This document shows positions 9,701-20,555 of a DNA stretch of 64,000 nucleotides, one piece after another. Position 1 is the stretch's first letter. Every line of letters starts with the position of its first letter. The notes beneath the pieces were generated by a model. It saw only the letters and a list, made by a program, of their open reading frames with translations, searched no databases and was not told where the DNA came from. The position numbers and the translations under genes were made by a program. Source of the stretch: Chrysemys picta bellii (Eukaryota); assembly GCF_011386835.1 (NCBI RefSeq), contig NC_088795.1, positions 7,068,001 through 7,132,000 on the forward strand, in the 5' to 3' direction.

Positions 9701-12700
9701 TCAATTAAACTGAAATGTAGAAAATTCAAAATCCATAAAAACAATTTTTCACAACACACTATTTTCCCGCTGAACTTTGCCACAGCCTTCCACTGACCTC
9801 CTGAAATTAGCAATAATCAAAGGATAGAATATTTAGATGGATAACAATATTCAGAGTGAAAATTAACAACAAAAAGGGTATGGGAAGAGAACCTCAAGTT
9901 GAAGGGTTGAAACCAATATCGAATTGAAATTAGGATAAGATCTTTATGCCCCTCATATGGAAGGAGCAGGAGCCGTGTATCAGTTCTTCTCTATCCCATT
10001 GTACATTAGGAACGATGGAGAGGCGTTGCCAGTAAGGCTGGGTGGGGGGAGCAGGGAAGACGGAAGATAAGCTGCAGGACCAGTCCATGAACCAGGGAAG
10101 TGAGGAGCCTGAAAGACCCCTGCATCCATTTCAGCTCAGGACTCTGGCTCTGATAAAGCTGGACTGCCAGGGATTCCACTTTTCTTCTTTAATCTGAGGA
10201 TCCTGGCTGCAGAGAGGACTTTGCAGTAGATGATAATACAAGCAGGGGCTATAAGATTTCTCTGTAGCCCTCAGTGCCGGAGATGAGACAAAGCACTTCC
10301 TCCTATAGTTGGACCCCCTCCCCCTAGACTTGCCTGGTCTTTACCCCTTGCTTGCATGAGATGTACATGGTCTCCATGGAACCTGAAGGAAGCAGGGATG
10401 GGGGACAGGGCCTGTCTTCACAATGCACAATCTCCTTACAGCAAACAGTTGAGGCAAATACTGTTTAGCATGTCTAAGGATAGTGGCAGAATCTGGCCCA
10501 TAACTGGGAGCCAAAGAGGTGCTCTACAGGCCCCTAAGACAGGCGACAGAGCAACCCCACCAAAACAAATCCCAATATCCACATACAGAAGCACAAGCTG
10601 ATGTCCATTACTCTCACCCAAAACACTTGAATGAACCTTAGCCTTTATTTATAGTCTCTAGGTTCCACACCGTTAGGTTTCATTGCCTTCTTTAGTCACA
10701 CCTCTCTAGTCAGACTAGCTGAGCACGTATGCTCTGTCACCCTGAAGAAAATGTGGGCCGTCTGGGGATACACTAATGAAATGATGTAATTAGAAGGGTC
10801 ACTAGGCAGCCTGGCCATAAATCAGTACATGTATGGCTCCTTGACTGTTCCCTGGCTGCAGAAGAACATGAAACCTTGGAGCTGTTTTAAGTCTGTTTGT
10901 TTTCAATAAAGTATTATTGATGCATGAAATTATTGAAGGAGCTCAAGGGATTTCCATGGGAGAATGCTACTATTCTTAGGGCTAGCACTTATGACAGGTG
11001 AGGAGGTAGAGGCTAATTATTGACCAATTAAACTTTATGGAGTAGTGCAGAATACCATCTGAGGGGTATTATGAAAGAAACACAAAACAAATCCATTTCT
11101 GGGACTGTGGCTTTTGTGAAAGAACTGATGTTGAATGAGTTACTGTGGTTTTATAAGGGCATGGGTTGCTTAATGAGAACTGGGTCACACGACAAACCCA
11201 CTGGACTTCTATTCTAGCAGTCAACCGGGGGGAGACACGGAAAAGTGGGGTATATGCACACAGCATGTAATAGCACAAATGCTTATTTTTAGTCTAATCA
11301 TTTCTCTAAATCAGTCTCTCTCTCAAGAGAATACTATACAACTTGGTTAATGTTCAAAATCAAACTTAAACTTGAAGTAAAAAATCAAGATCACTGTTAG
11401 CATGAAAGTATCAGATGTATTTTAGATTGATTAAACAGCAGAAGCTATTTAATTATAGATTTCACTGAGCCAGGGCCCCATTCCACGAAACAGTTGCATC
11501 CCTGCTTAAGTCCATCCCTATTCAGTAAAGCATTTTAAGCATTCACTTAACTTTACTGGTGTTTAAGTGCTGTGCTGACCAGGGAGGTCATGGCCTTAAA
11601 CTGGCCTGGTCATTTATACCTCTCCTTTCTAACGAGGGAGCACTTGGCTGTTTGCAATGGTAGATGACCTTAACTAGTGACACAAGCAAAAATATCAAGA
11701 AATTGCTTGCGACTGAATTTGATTGTTAGTTCTCAGATATGGACGGCTAGAGGCCTTGCAGCTGATTCTAAATGTAAACCAAATCCCTTCTTGTTTTAAA
11801 GGTGGTTTAGTTAAGATGTGCCCTGAAGCTATATCTGGTCATTTGTTATCTAGTTCAGTGAATGTCATAGAGAAGCAGATTCATTTGGATTGCTTTTTCA
11901 ACATATTGATCAAAGTATTAGTGCTGAAGGTGGGTTTGCACAGGCCTGTATTTCATTAATTTTAATGCATAGTGTAATGCAATACAAACAGTAGTAATTG
12001 CAGCTCTGTAGAGGAGATATTGTACCACCATGAAACTTTATTCTTAAGCTGCCCCACATGTAAATTAATCACTTATTTTCCAGAGCTCTTATTTTTTATC
12101 CTTGTCCCTAACCTTAGCCACTTTGGAGCAAACTCCATAAAGGAAAGTAAACTGTGGAACACAAATGGAACTGCTTGTACATCAAGTAAGATTAGAGGAC
12201 TAGGAGGGTTAGAAAAAGGAAGGATTTGAAGGGCAAACGAGGTGGACAGAAAGCAGAGAAAGGGATGAGTGTCTTCCCATTCTCTGCAAATGAGTTTGAG
12301 GAAACCAGAGGGTAGTCTTCTAGATAAAGTCTATAACCAGTCCTTGATCTTCTTAGATGATGAGTGGTTGGAATAAACTAGGGACTGTTTTATTGTGACT
12401 GAGTCAGTCTCAGTTGTTGTACGCTAAAGATTGTGAAGTGCTTGAAGATCTGCTAACGAAAAGGGCTATATAAGACCCAGATATTTTAGTACTGGCATAT
12501 CTGCATCATTCATTGACTTCAGTAGAGTGAAGTCCCACTGCTTTACACTTGCGGAGGATCTGGCCTGATACTTTCCTCTGCTCAACAACTGTAACTGAGC
12601 ATTCAGCTGCTCCTAGGGAGCGTTTACATTCATCACTTATGCCATAATCCCGGCCCCCCCCCTCCCCCCCCCCAAAAGACCCTATAAAATGGCTTGTGTC

Positions 12701-14399
12701 ACCAGATTGTATCATAGGTTTGGGTGGGTGAGTTGGGCCTTACAACAATGAACACCTCTGCTCCCTTCAAGAAGGGGAAAGGTTGCTCACAGTCTGATCA
12801 GTCTGGGTACATACAACGCAGCCTCCAGTTCCACAGTTGCACTCACAGGGAATAGGTCCTAGTCTGTCTTCCCCTAGTGAGGGATGGAGGATGAAGCTGT
12901 TTTGGGGTCTGTCCCTGTATCTAGGAGCAGCATCTGGAGTCGATGATCCAAGGGGCCTGGCTCTCCAGTCAGCACAAAGATGCTGAATAATCCTAGTCTC
13001 CAACAATGACCGTAGGTTTTTTTCATGTGTTCAGTTCGTGAAAAGTTTTGAGGATTTTTTTTTTTTTTGAGTGTTTGTCCTGATCTGGGAATGGGAAAAA
13101 TTCTTGGATGGGAAATTCTCACTGGAGGGGAAAACCGTTTCCCATGCAGAGTTAATAGCATGCTTGTGGTGAAGTGCTTTGCTGGGGAAGGGTGGGGCCG
13201 GTAAACTCAGCACCTTGCAGGATCTAGCCCTATAAGTAGTAGTAATTAATAATGCATGGCACTTGACTTGAAAAGCAATATAATTAACATATCTATCTGA
13301 CTCCATGAGGCTATTACAATAGAGAGACATAGACTAGGAAATATTCCATGTTAGATCTCTTCAGTGTATTTATGTTAATACTATCAGAATTTTTCTAGCT
13401 CTATTAAAAACATACTGGGTATTAGAATGTGGATATTCCAGACAGTAATACCTTAAATCAAGGTCCTCAAAGGAGCCATGTCATGCTACATGCAATAAAA
13501 CAATAAGGAACTGAATCTTTGTATTAATAAAAGAATTCTTTGGTTGGTTTGGTGCAAAAACTCAGCTTGAAAAGAACAGTTCTCCCACAGTACCAGTTAT
13601 AGGTACCTGACACGGTAAAGTATTAATGCAGCAACATATGGCTTCATCCCTTTTCAGCTGCAAAAGAAAATGTGGATTTTTTTTTAAGAGTGGAAATCCA
13701 TTTGCAAATCAGCCAGCAACAGTCTCCGTCCCTAAACTCCAGTAAAATGGCCAAACCATCTGCATTGTGTGCAAACCAATGACTTTGGCTTAGCGCCTAT
13801 GACATTATTTCCCATTAAATTGGTGGGAAGGAAATTATTCAGGAATTACAAGTCACTTTGGAAACTGTACAAAAGTGTGTGTATTTTTTCATGGAAAATC
13901 AAAGATGCAAGGTATCCATTTAGTGCATACAATGATCTGAATTAAGACCCGGGGTGAAATCCTGGCCCCATTGAAGTCAATGGCAAAACTCACATTGATT
14001 TCAGTACATCTGAGGTGTTTTTCTTCTTCCTTACCCCCCGCCAAGTCTCACTAATGCTTACATACGTGGAAATGCAGAGAAAATGACAGAACTGGAGCTT
14101 TTGCTGTGTTTTTTCAGAGTATAAGACCCATTCAGATGTTGTGAATATTTTGATACTCCTGGGTATATTTGATATCCATTGATAGCAGGAGAGAGCATGT
14201 TAATTAGTACAAATTAAATTTGTCCTTTTGCATTGCCTGCTTTCATGAGATTAGGGTGAGTCTTGGGATCTTTAAGACAAGAATCTGGGCTGAGCTTCTA
14301 AAATGAGGTGCCCATTACTTGCACTGGGGAACCTAGCTTTGGGAGGTAGCTGTACAACTATCTTTTACGTGTCATAAAGGGGTTTGAGCAGGGATGATG

Positions 14400-14625
14400 T
14401 CATCCTTAGTGTTTTTTCTTAAAGCCCTATCTCCAGGAGTCATGTGATGGAGAGAATCATTGTTTGTATTTTATAAAGTATACTTCTAGCCCTCATGGCT
14501 GCAGAGAAAAGCTAGAAGAAAATAAATAGTACCAATATGTATTCAGTTAAAAAAAAACCTCATGATTTAGGGGAGGGGCTGTCTCATGATTTTTGAGCAC
14601 TTGGGTATGGCAGCCACTCATGTTA
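14400..14625. mobile_element. hAT-type MITE fragment (family also at 41376-41639 and 56195-56305)
   Basis: Shares TTTTCTTAAAGCCC..CTCC.GGAGTCATGT and CTCATGATTTTTGA....TT.G...TGGCA blocks with 41376-41639. Confidence 0.55.
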
Positions 14626-14734
14626 AACATGTCCTGAAGTGCTTTGTGGGATTGGGGCCCTGAAGTGGAAATTCGGTCATTTCACTTACTCTAATTCAGT
14701 TTCTGTTTGTTGCACTATGCTGTTTGTACCCAGG

Positions 14735-15082
14735 TAGACCTGACCTGGGTGGCCGGGTTGATTGGAGCCATGGGGATTTAGTTGGGGATTGGTCCTGCTT
14801 TGAGCAGGGGGCTGGACTAGATGACTTCCTGAGGTCCCTTCCAACCCTGGATTCTATGGGTGAAACCAGGGATCGGCCACGTTTGGCACGCAGCCCACCA
14901 GGGTAAGCCCCCTGGCATGGTTGGGCTGGTTTGTTTACTTGCCGTGTCTGCATTTTTGGTTGATCACGGCTCCCACTGGCTGCGGTTCGCCGCTCCACAC
15001 CAATGGGGATTGGTCCTGCTTTCAACAGCGGGTTGGACTAGATGACCTCCTGAGGTCCCTTCCAACCCTGATACTCTATGAT
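14735..15082 (+). mobile_element. Composite: CR1/SINE 3' tail (about 14770-14857), hAT-element fragment (about 14860-15004), second CR1/SINE 3' tail (about 15004-15082)
   Basis: Two copies of GGGGATTGGTCCTGCTTT...GGACTAGATGAC.TCCTGAGGTCCCTTCCAACCCTG..A.TCTATG separated by a GC-rich GGCTCCCACTGGCTGCGGTTCGCCGCTCCA segment typical of turtle hAT elements. Confidence 0.65.
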
Positions 15083-15169
15083 CTAGCAAAACTTCTGTAT
15101 TGTAGTAGCACCTTGTGCCTGGCACTGTACAGTGCAGTACCCAAACAGCTTTCAGTTGAATAGACAAGA

Positions 15170-15290
15170 CTGACAAAGGGTAGGTCATGAAACAGAGGCA
15201 TGACATCACATAGCAGGTCAGTGGTAGAACCAGGAAAAGAACCAGTGTTTGACTCCAAGGTCAGTGCTCTAGGCACCTTACGGCCTTGCC
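15170..15290 (-). mobile_element. CORE-SINE (MIR-like) 5' fragment
   Basis: GAAACAGAGGCATGACATCACATAGCAGGTCAGTGGTAGAACCAGGAAAAGAACCAGTGTTTGACTCC matches the reverse complement of a tRNA-derived head plus CORE start. Confidence 0.5.
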
Positions 15291-15320
15291 AGTCTGCCTT
15301 TAATAGGTGTTTGCACTGTT

Positions 15321-15510
15321 GTAGTTGTGGTGTTCCCAGGATATTAGAGAAACTGAGGGAGGAGGGTATATCTTGTATTGGACCAACTTCTGTTGGTGAA
15401 AGACAAGCTTTTGCTCTTACACAGAGCTGAAGAAGAAACTCCTGTGTAAGTTTGAAAGCTTGCAGAAGCTGGCCCAATAAAAAAAAATTACCTTATCTGC
15501 CCTGTCTCTA
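15321..15510. mobile_element. ORF-less palindromic Penelope-like pseudo-LTR derivative (family B), second copy
   Basis: Same arms as 5990-6209 (CCCAGGATATTAGAGA...TATTGGACCAACTTCTG...AGACAAGCTTT versus AAAGCTTG...CCAATAAAA...TTACCT); hammerhead-like core CTGAAGA at 15427-15433 and GAAAGCTT at 15454-15461. Confidence 0.7.
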
Positions 15511-17571
15511 CTAGTGGCCAATACCTAATCCCCATGGAAGGGGAAACAACCTCATGTATTTAGCAAATTGTGCAATGTCCACCTAACCCTCAGAGTTGAT
15601 CAGCTTATGCTATGAGGCATGAAGGTTAATTACCCATGTCGTTATCTTAACTAGCAGAAGTATCAACTGAATGAATGGTGGTGATCAAGGAATTCAGCCC
15701 CATGTAATGCACTGTCGGTCACATGTATCAGTCTAATATTGAATATGGGAAATGTTCTTGCAGAATCTAAGCAGATGTATATTGTAGCAGTGATAGTGTA
15801 ATACTGAAATGACTATTACAAATTACCCTCCCTCCCACCCCCCAAAACCCCCTGGAAAATGAATACAATTAGTGAAACATTTGTTTTGCTATTTAACACA
15901 CACAACCTGTGAATAACAATTGATGCCCTTTCACTGATCTGGGACAGCTTTCAGAAGACCGTCTGAAATTTAAATATCCTCTGTACTGTTGTCTGCTATG
16001 TAAGGGCCTGATCCTTCAGATCTTAGTCAGGAGAACCTGCCTTTGATTTCAGTGAGTTCTGGCTAATGGGACTACAAGAAAAGGCTGTTAATGAAGACAG
16101 CAGTTCTTAGTGTTGGTGCTTTCAGGGATATCATGGTCTCTTCTGTTTAGGTTCTTGCACTGTGCTCCCACGCTGTGTACCTAAACTCAAGTTGGTTCTG
16201 TTTGTCCCTCTAACGACAGCTTCCAGTCTTTCCTTAGCTGTGGTCCATAGAGACTATAAGAAGAAAGTCCACTGGGGTCAGCGAGGCTTTCCCTTGACTC
16301 CAATGGGCTTTGGATCAGGCCTTGCTGCTACGTTCCTACTACCACACAACTGCACATGTCAAACTACTCCTCAGCTGCTCTGGTTGTCAGGCTCAGATGT
16401 AGAAAGCTCAGTTCCTGTTCTGATGCAGATGATGCCTCCTCCAGGGGCCTACCCAGGAGTGAGATGAGCAGTTTAGAAATAGCTTATTCTGTTAGTTGGT
16501 GGGATAGCGCATCCCCGTGAAGAGGATTATACGGCAGTAATAATCACCTCCCTTTGTAAAGAGCTTTGAGATCTACTGGTAGAAAAGCATTATATACAAG
16601 CTAAATGATACTGTTTAAAATCTATTTGAGGTGTTTCATGCCTTATGGCCTTGACGCACCTAGCACTCAGTTATGCTGCAAGGGGTCAACCTGAAATAAT
16701 TGCTGTCAATTAATCCTAGCTGCCTTCACGGCTTTGGAGAATCCATTGGGATCAATTGCCAGCAGGCTGGTGACTTTCCAAAGATGCTTGAAAGCAATTA
16801 GCAATGGCTGCGTCCATCCGCTCCTTGTGCTAAGCAGTGGGGCTGGATGGTATGTGTGTTAGCTTAGCAACAGGCTTTCGACCAGGAGGTGAGCAGAAGC
16901 CCAATGATTCCCCCTGGAAATCTCATTGCTAGGAACTGGGGGTGCTGTGTAGTGCACGCGTGAGCTTGCAGTGACAGTCCTGTCATCTGGGGCTAGGAAA
17001 GGTGACTAGAAGTGTGCTCGTAATAAATGCAATTTAAACTCTGTGGAATATTCTGCACACAGCATGTTTATGCTTTAGGGTAAATAACCCACACTGCAGG
17101 TAATGAGACAAAGGGCCTACTGGGTCATGGAAGGAAAAACACAGAGCTAAATGCTGCAATTCTCACTGTCCTATTTCAGATCCCTCCTTAAACTCTCCTC
17201 TGCTGGAATGCCTATAAACCCCCAGTACTGGCCAGGCAGCTGGTGTGCTGTTCCCATGCCTTCCAGGCTGACCAGCATTGTCATGGATTCCTTGTGCTCC
17301 CTTGCTGTGTGCACCTGTTGTCTCTTGTCTTATACTTAGTGCCTTCCCCAAAAAGCTTATACAGCCAATCTTTTTTTTCCCCTTTATATATTTGTACAGG
17401 GCCTAGCACAATGGGGTTCTGATCCAGTGTTACCCAGGATTTTGCTGAACCCAAAACTCTTGGTAACTTTACTCTTTGCAAAGTTTCAGAGTAGCAGCCG
17501 TGTTAGTCTGTATCCGCAAAAAGAAGAACAGGAGGACTTGTGGCACCTTAGAGACTAACAAATTTATTAGA

Positions 17572-17611
17572 GCATAAGCTTTCGTGGACTACAGCCCACT
17601 TCTTCGGATGC
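17572..17611 (-). ncRNA. Identical hammerhead motif in the inverted pseudo-LTR
   Basis: Exact reverse complement of 19441-19480 inside the 187-bp inverted repeat. Confidence 0.75.
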
Positions 17612-17711
17612 ATATAGAATGGAACATATATTGAGGAGATATATATACACACACAGACAGAGAGCATAAACAGGTGGGAGTTGTCTTACCACCTCTGAGA
17701 GGCCAATTAAT

Positions 17712-19247
17712 GGACGCCCCATCATCTCAGGCATTGGCACCCTAACATCAGGCTTGTCTGGTTATGTAGACTCTCTCCTCAGACCCTACGCTACCAGCAC
17801 TCCCAGCTATCTTCGAGACACCACTGACTTCCTGAGGAAACTACAATCCATCGGTGATCTTCCAGAAAACACCATCCTGGCCACTATGGACGTAGAAGCC
17901 CTCTACACCAATATTCCACACAAAGATGGACTACAAGCTATCAGGAACAGTATCCCTGATAATGTCACAGCTAACCTGGTGGCTGAACTTTGTGATTTTG
18001 TCCTCACCCACAACTATTTCACATTTGGGGACAATATATACCTTCAAGTCAGCGGCACTGCTATGGGTACCCGCATGGCCCCACAATATGCCAACATTTT
18101 TATGGCTGACTTAGAACAACGCTTCCTTAGCTCTCGTCCCCTAACGCCCCTACTCTACTTGCGCTACATTGATGACATCTTCATCATCTGGACCCATGGA
18201 AAAGAAGCCCTTGAGGAATTTCACCATGATTTCAATAATTTCCATCCCACCATCAACCTCAGCCTAGATCAATCCACACAAGCGGTCCATTTCCTGGACA
18301 CTACTGTGCTAATAAGCGATGGTCACATAAATACCACCCTATATCGGAAACCTACTGACCGCTACACTTACCTACATGCCTCCAGCTTCCATCCAGGACA
18401 CACCACACGATCCATTGTCTACAGCCAAGCCCTAAGATATAACCGCATTTGCTCCAATCCCTCGGATAGAGACAAGCACCTACAAGATCTCTATCAAGCA
18501 TTCTTAAAACTACAATACCCACCTGCTGAAGTGAAAAAACAGATTGACAGAGCCAGACGAGTACCCAGAAGTCACCTCCTACAAGACAGGCCCAACAAAG
18601 AAAATAACAGAACACCACTAGCTGTCACCTTCAGCCCCCAACTAAAACCTCTCCAGCGCATCATCAGAGATCTACAACCTATCCTGAAAGATGATCCTTT
18701 ACTCTCACAGATCTTGGGAGACAGACCTGTCCTCGCTTACAGACAACCCCCGAACCTAAAGCAAATACTCACCAGCAACCACACATCACTGAACAAAACC
18801 ACTAACCCAGGAACCTATCCTTGTAACAAACCCCGATGCCAACTCTGTCCACATATCTATTCCAGTGACATCATCATAGGACCTAATCACATCAGCCATA
18901 CCATCAGGGGCTCGTTCACCTGCACATCTACCAATGTGATATATGCCATCATGTGCCAGCAATGCCCCTCTGCCATGTACATTGGCCAAACCGGACAGTC
19001 TCTACGCAAAAGAATTAATGGACACAAATCTGACATCAGGAATCAAAATACTCAAAAACCAGTGGGAGAACACTTTAACCTGTCTGGTCATTCAGTGACA
19101 GACCTGCGGGTGGCTATATTACAACAGAAAAACTTCAAAAACAGACTCCAACGAGAAACTGCTGAGCTAGAATTGATATGCAAACTAGACACAATCAACT
19201 CCGGTTTGAATAAAGACTGGGAATGGCTGAGCCATTACAAACATTGA
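17712..19247 (+). CDS. PLE reverse transcriptase plus GIY-YIG endonuclease (C-terminal 511 aa of a 5'-truncated ORF; no real start codon)
   Basis: In-frame GRPIISG at 17712, TMDVEALYTNIP, GTAMGTRMAPQYANIFM, catalytic YIDD (18165-18176), Cys-rich linker CNKPRCQLCPH (Neptune-like), VIY...YIG (18936-18986), stop codon ending at 19247. The track's 17754 start is a TTG artefact. Confidence 0.95.
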   Translation, partial: GRPIISGIGTLTSGLSGYVDSLLRPYATSTPSYLRDTTDFLRKLQSIGDLPENTILATMDVEALYTNIPHKDGLQAIRNSIPDNVTANLVAELCDFVLTHNYFTFGDNIYLQVSGTAMGTRMAPQYANIFMADLEQRFLSSRPLTPLLYLRYIDDIFIIWTHGKEALEEFHHDFNNFHPTINLSLDQSTQAVHFLDTTVLISDGHINTTLYRKPTDRYTYLHASSFHPGHTTRSIVYSQALRYNRICSNPSDRDKHLQDLYQAFLKLQYPPAEVKKQIDRARRVPRSHLLQDRPNKENNRTPLAVTFSPQLKPLQRIIRDLQPILKDDPLLSQILGDRPVLAYRQPPNLKQILTSNHTSLNKTTNPGTYPCNKPRCQLCPHIYSSDIIIGPNHISHTIRGSFTCTSTNVIYAIMCQQCPSAMYIGQTGQSLRKRINGHKSDIRNQNTQKPVGEHFNLSGHSVTDLRVAILQQKNFKNRLQRETAELELICKLDTINSGLNKDWEWLSHYKH

Positions 19248-19440
19248 ATCTCTCTCGCCTTGTAAGTATTCTCACACTTGTTATCTAACTGTCTGTACTG
19301 AGCTAGCTTGATTATCACTTCAAAAGTTTGTTTTCTCTTGATTAATTGGCCTCTCAGAGGTGGTAAGACAACTCCCACCTGTTTATGCTCTCTGTCTGTG
19401 TGTGTATATATATCTCCTCAATATATGTTCCATTCTATAT

Positions 19441-19480
19441 GCATCCGAAGAAGTGGGCTGTAGTCCACGAAAGCTTATGC
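19441..19480 (+). ncRNA. Minimal type I hammerhead ribozyme motif in the PLE pseudo-LTR (core variant CCGAAGA)
   Basis: GCAT-CCGAAGA-A-GTGGGC(TGTA)GTCCAC-GAAA-GC-TT-ATGC: helix I GCAT/ATGC, helix II 6 bp with a 4-nt loop, GAAA, palindromic AAGCTT in place of helix III. Minimal hammerheads in PLE pseudo-LTRs are established. Confidence 0.75.
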
Positions 19481-20334
19481 TCTAATAAATTTGTTAGTCT
19501 CTAAGGTGCCACAAGTCCTCCTGTTCTACTCTTTGCAAAGGCAGTGGCAGGAAATACATCTATGGGGACACAGCCTGTCAGGCCAATAGTTGATGCAACC
19601 AGGCAAACAAAAGTGCTTTCACTCAAAGCTTCTACTTTAGCCTCCAGCACTTAAACACATCTGTTTAAGTTAGTAGATTAATATTTCTCCAGGGTCTTGA
19701 GGAGGTCTCGAGTGGATTCCATCCATCTGCAGGGGAACTTGGTGTCCAAGTGTTCAAATATCCACCGAGCTCAGATTTCTTCCCCTTTTTATACCCAATT
19801 TGTTAGTATTACGTAGCTTGTTCATCAATTTAACTTCTGCTCGGCAGCCTTAAGCGTGGGGTTTTCCATCCGTTAACCTATGTGAAATACAACTGCAACA
19901 GTTAACTACTGCCAGACTTTACATCTCGCAAAACCGCATGCTTTGGCAAAAAGCTCAAGTCAGGAGGGCACAGGGTCACGTTTACTCCTCTGACATCATT
20001 GCCCTCCTTCCCCCTGGCCTGTTTAGGCCTTAGCATAACTTTCTAGCTGCTTTCAGCAAGGAGCATAACAATTGGTATTCCCCCTGCACGCAGTGGTCTA
20101 GGCATGTTCCTGGGCTCTGGGCTACCCAAAATCTCCCCCTCCTATAGCAGCAGTGGAGCTTGTACTGCCGTAGCACCTACAAAGCAACAGTATATAACTT
20201 AATACTGCCCTGTTTGATACAAATGTGTCTAGTCCTCATGCCTCTGTGCCTCCAACTGTTTGATCAAAGCACGTGTGTAGCCCTCACTCCCATTCTGTGG
20301 TCTGACTTGCACTGCAGCTGTAACACATGATATG

Positions 20335-20555
20335 CATCCCCCAGTGGTTAGGCCACTAGCCAGAGATCTGGGTTCAATTCCCTGTTCCACCATCGACTTG
20401 CTGTGTGACTTTGGGCAAGTCACTTAGCGCCTCAGGTCCCCCACGTGTACAATGGGGATATTAGCACTGCCCTGCCTCATGGGAGCCTTGTGATGGCAAA
20501 TACACTAGAGATTGTGAGGTGCTCAGATACCACTGCAATAAGGGCCAGATAAGTA
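20335..20555 (+). mobile_element. CORE-SINE (MIR-like), near full length
   Basis: tRNA-like head (CAGTGGTTAGG...GGGTTCAATTCC), CORE TGTGTGACTTTGGGCAAGTCACTTAG...ACAATGGGGATA and tail GTGAGGTGCTCAGATAC. Confidence 0.75.

Larger units (their letters stand above)
17484..19527 (+). mobile_element. Young 5'-truncated Penelope-like element (Neptune-type): inverted pseudo-LTR, RT/GIY-YIG ORF, direct pseudo-LTR
   Basis: Perfect 187-bp inverted repeat (17525-17711 versus 19341-19527), TSD (T)ACTCTTTGCAAAG at 17470/71-17483 and 19527/28-19540, uninterrupted PLE ORF in between. Confidence 0.95.

Noticed and set aside
12651-12673. Poly-C tract (G-quadruplex potential on the minus strand); also about 8783-8795 and 40529-40545
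   Set aside because: These are simple homopolymer runs common in vertebrate assemblies and prone to length error; nothing ties them to a function.
17754-17756. Start codon of the PLE ORF given in the track
   Set aside because: It is a TTG within an open frame that begins at the inversion junction (17712); the element is 5'-truncated and has no genuine initiator.
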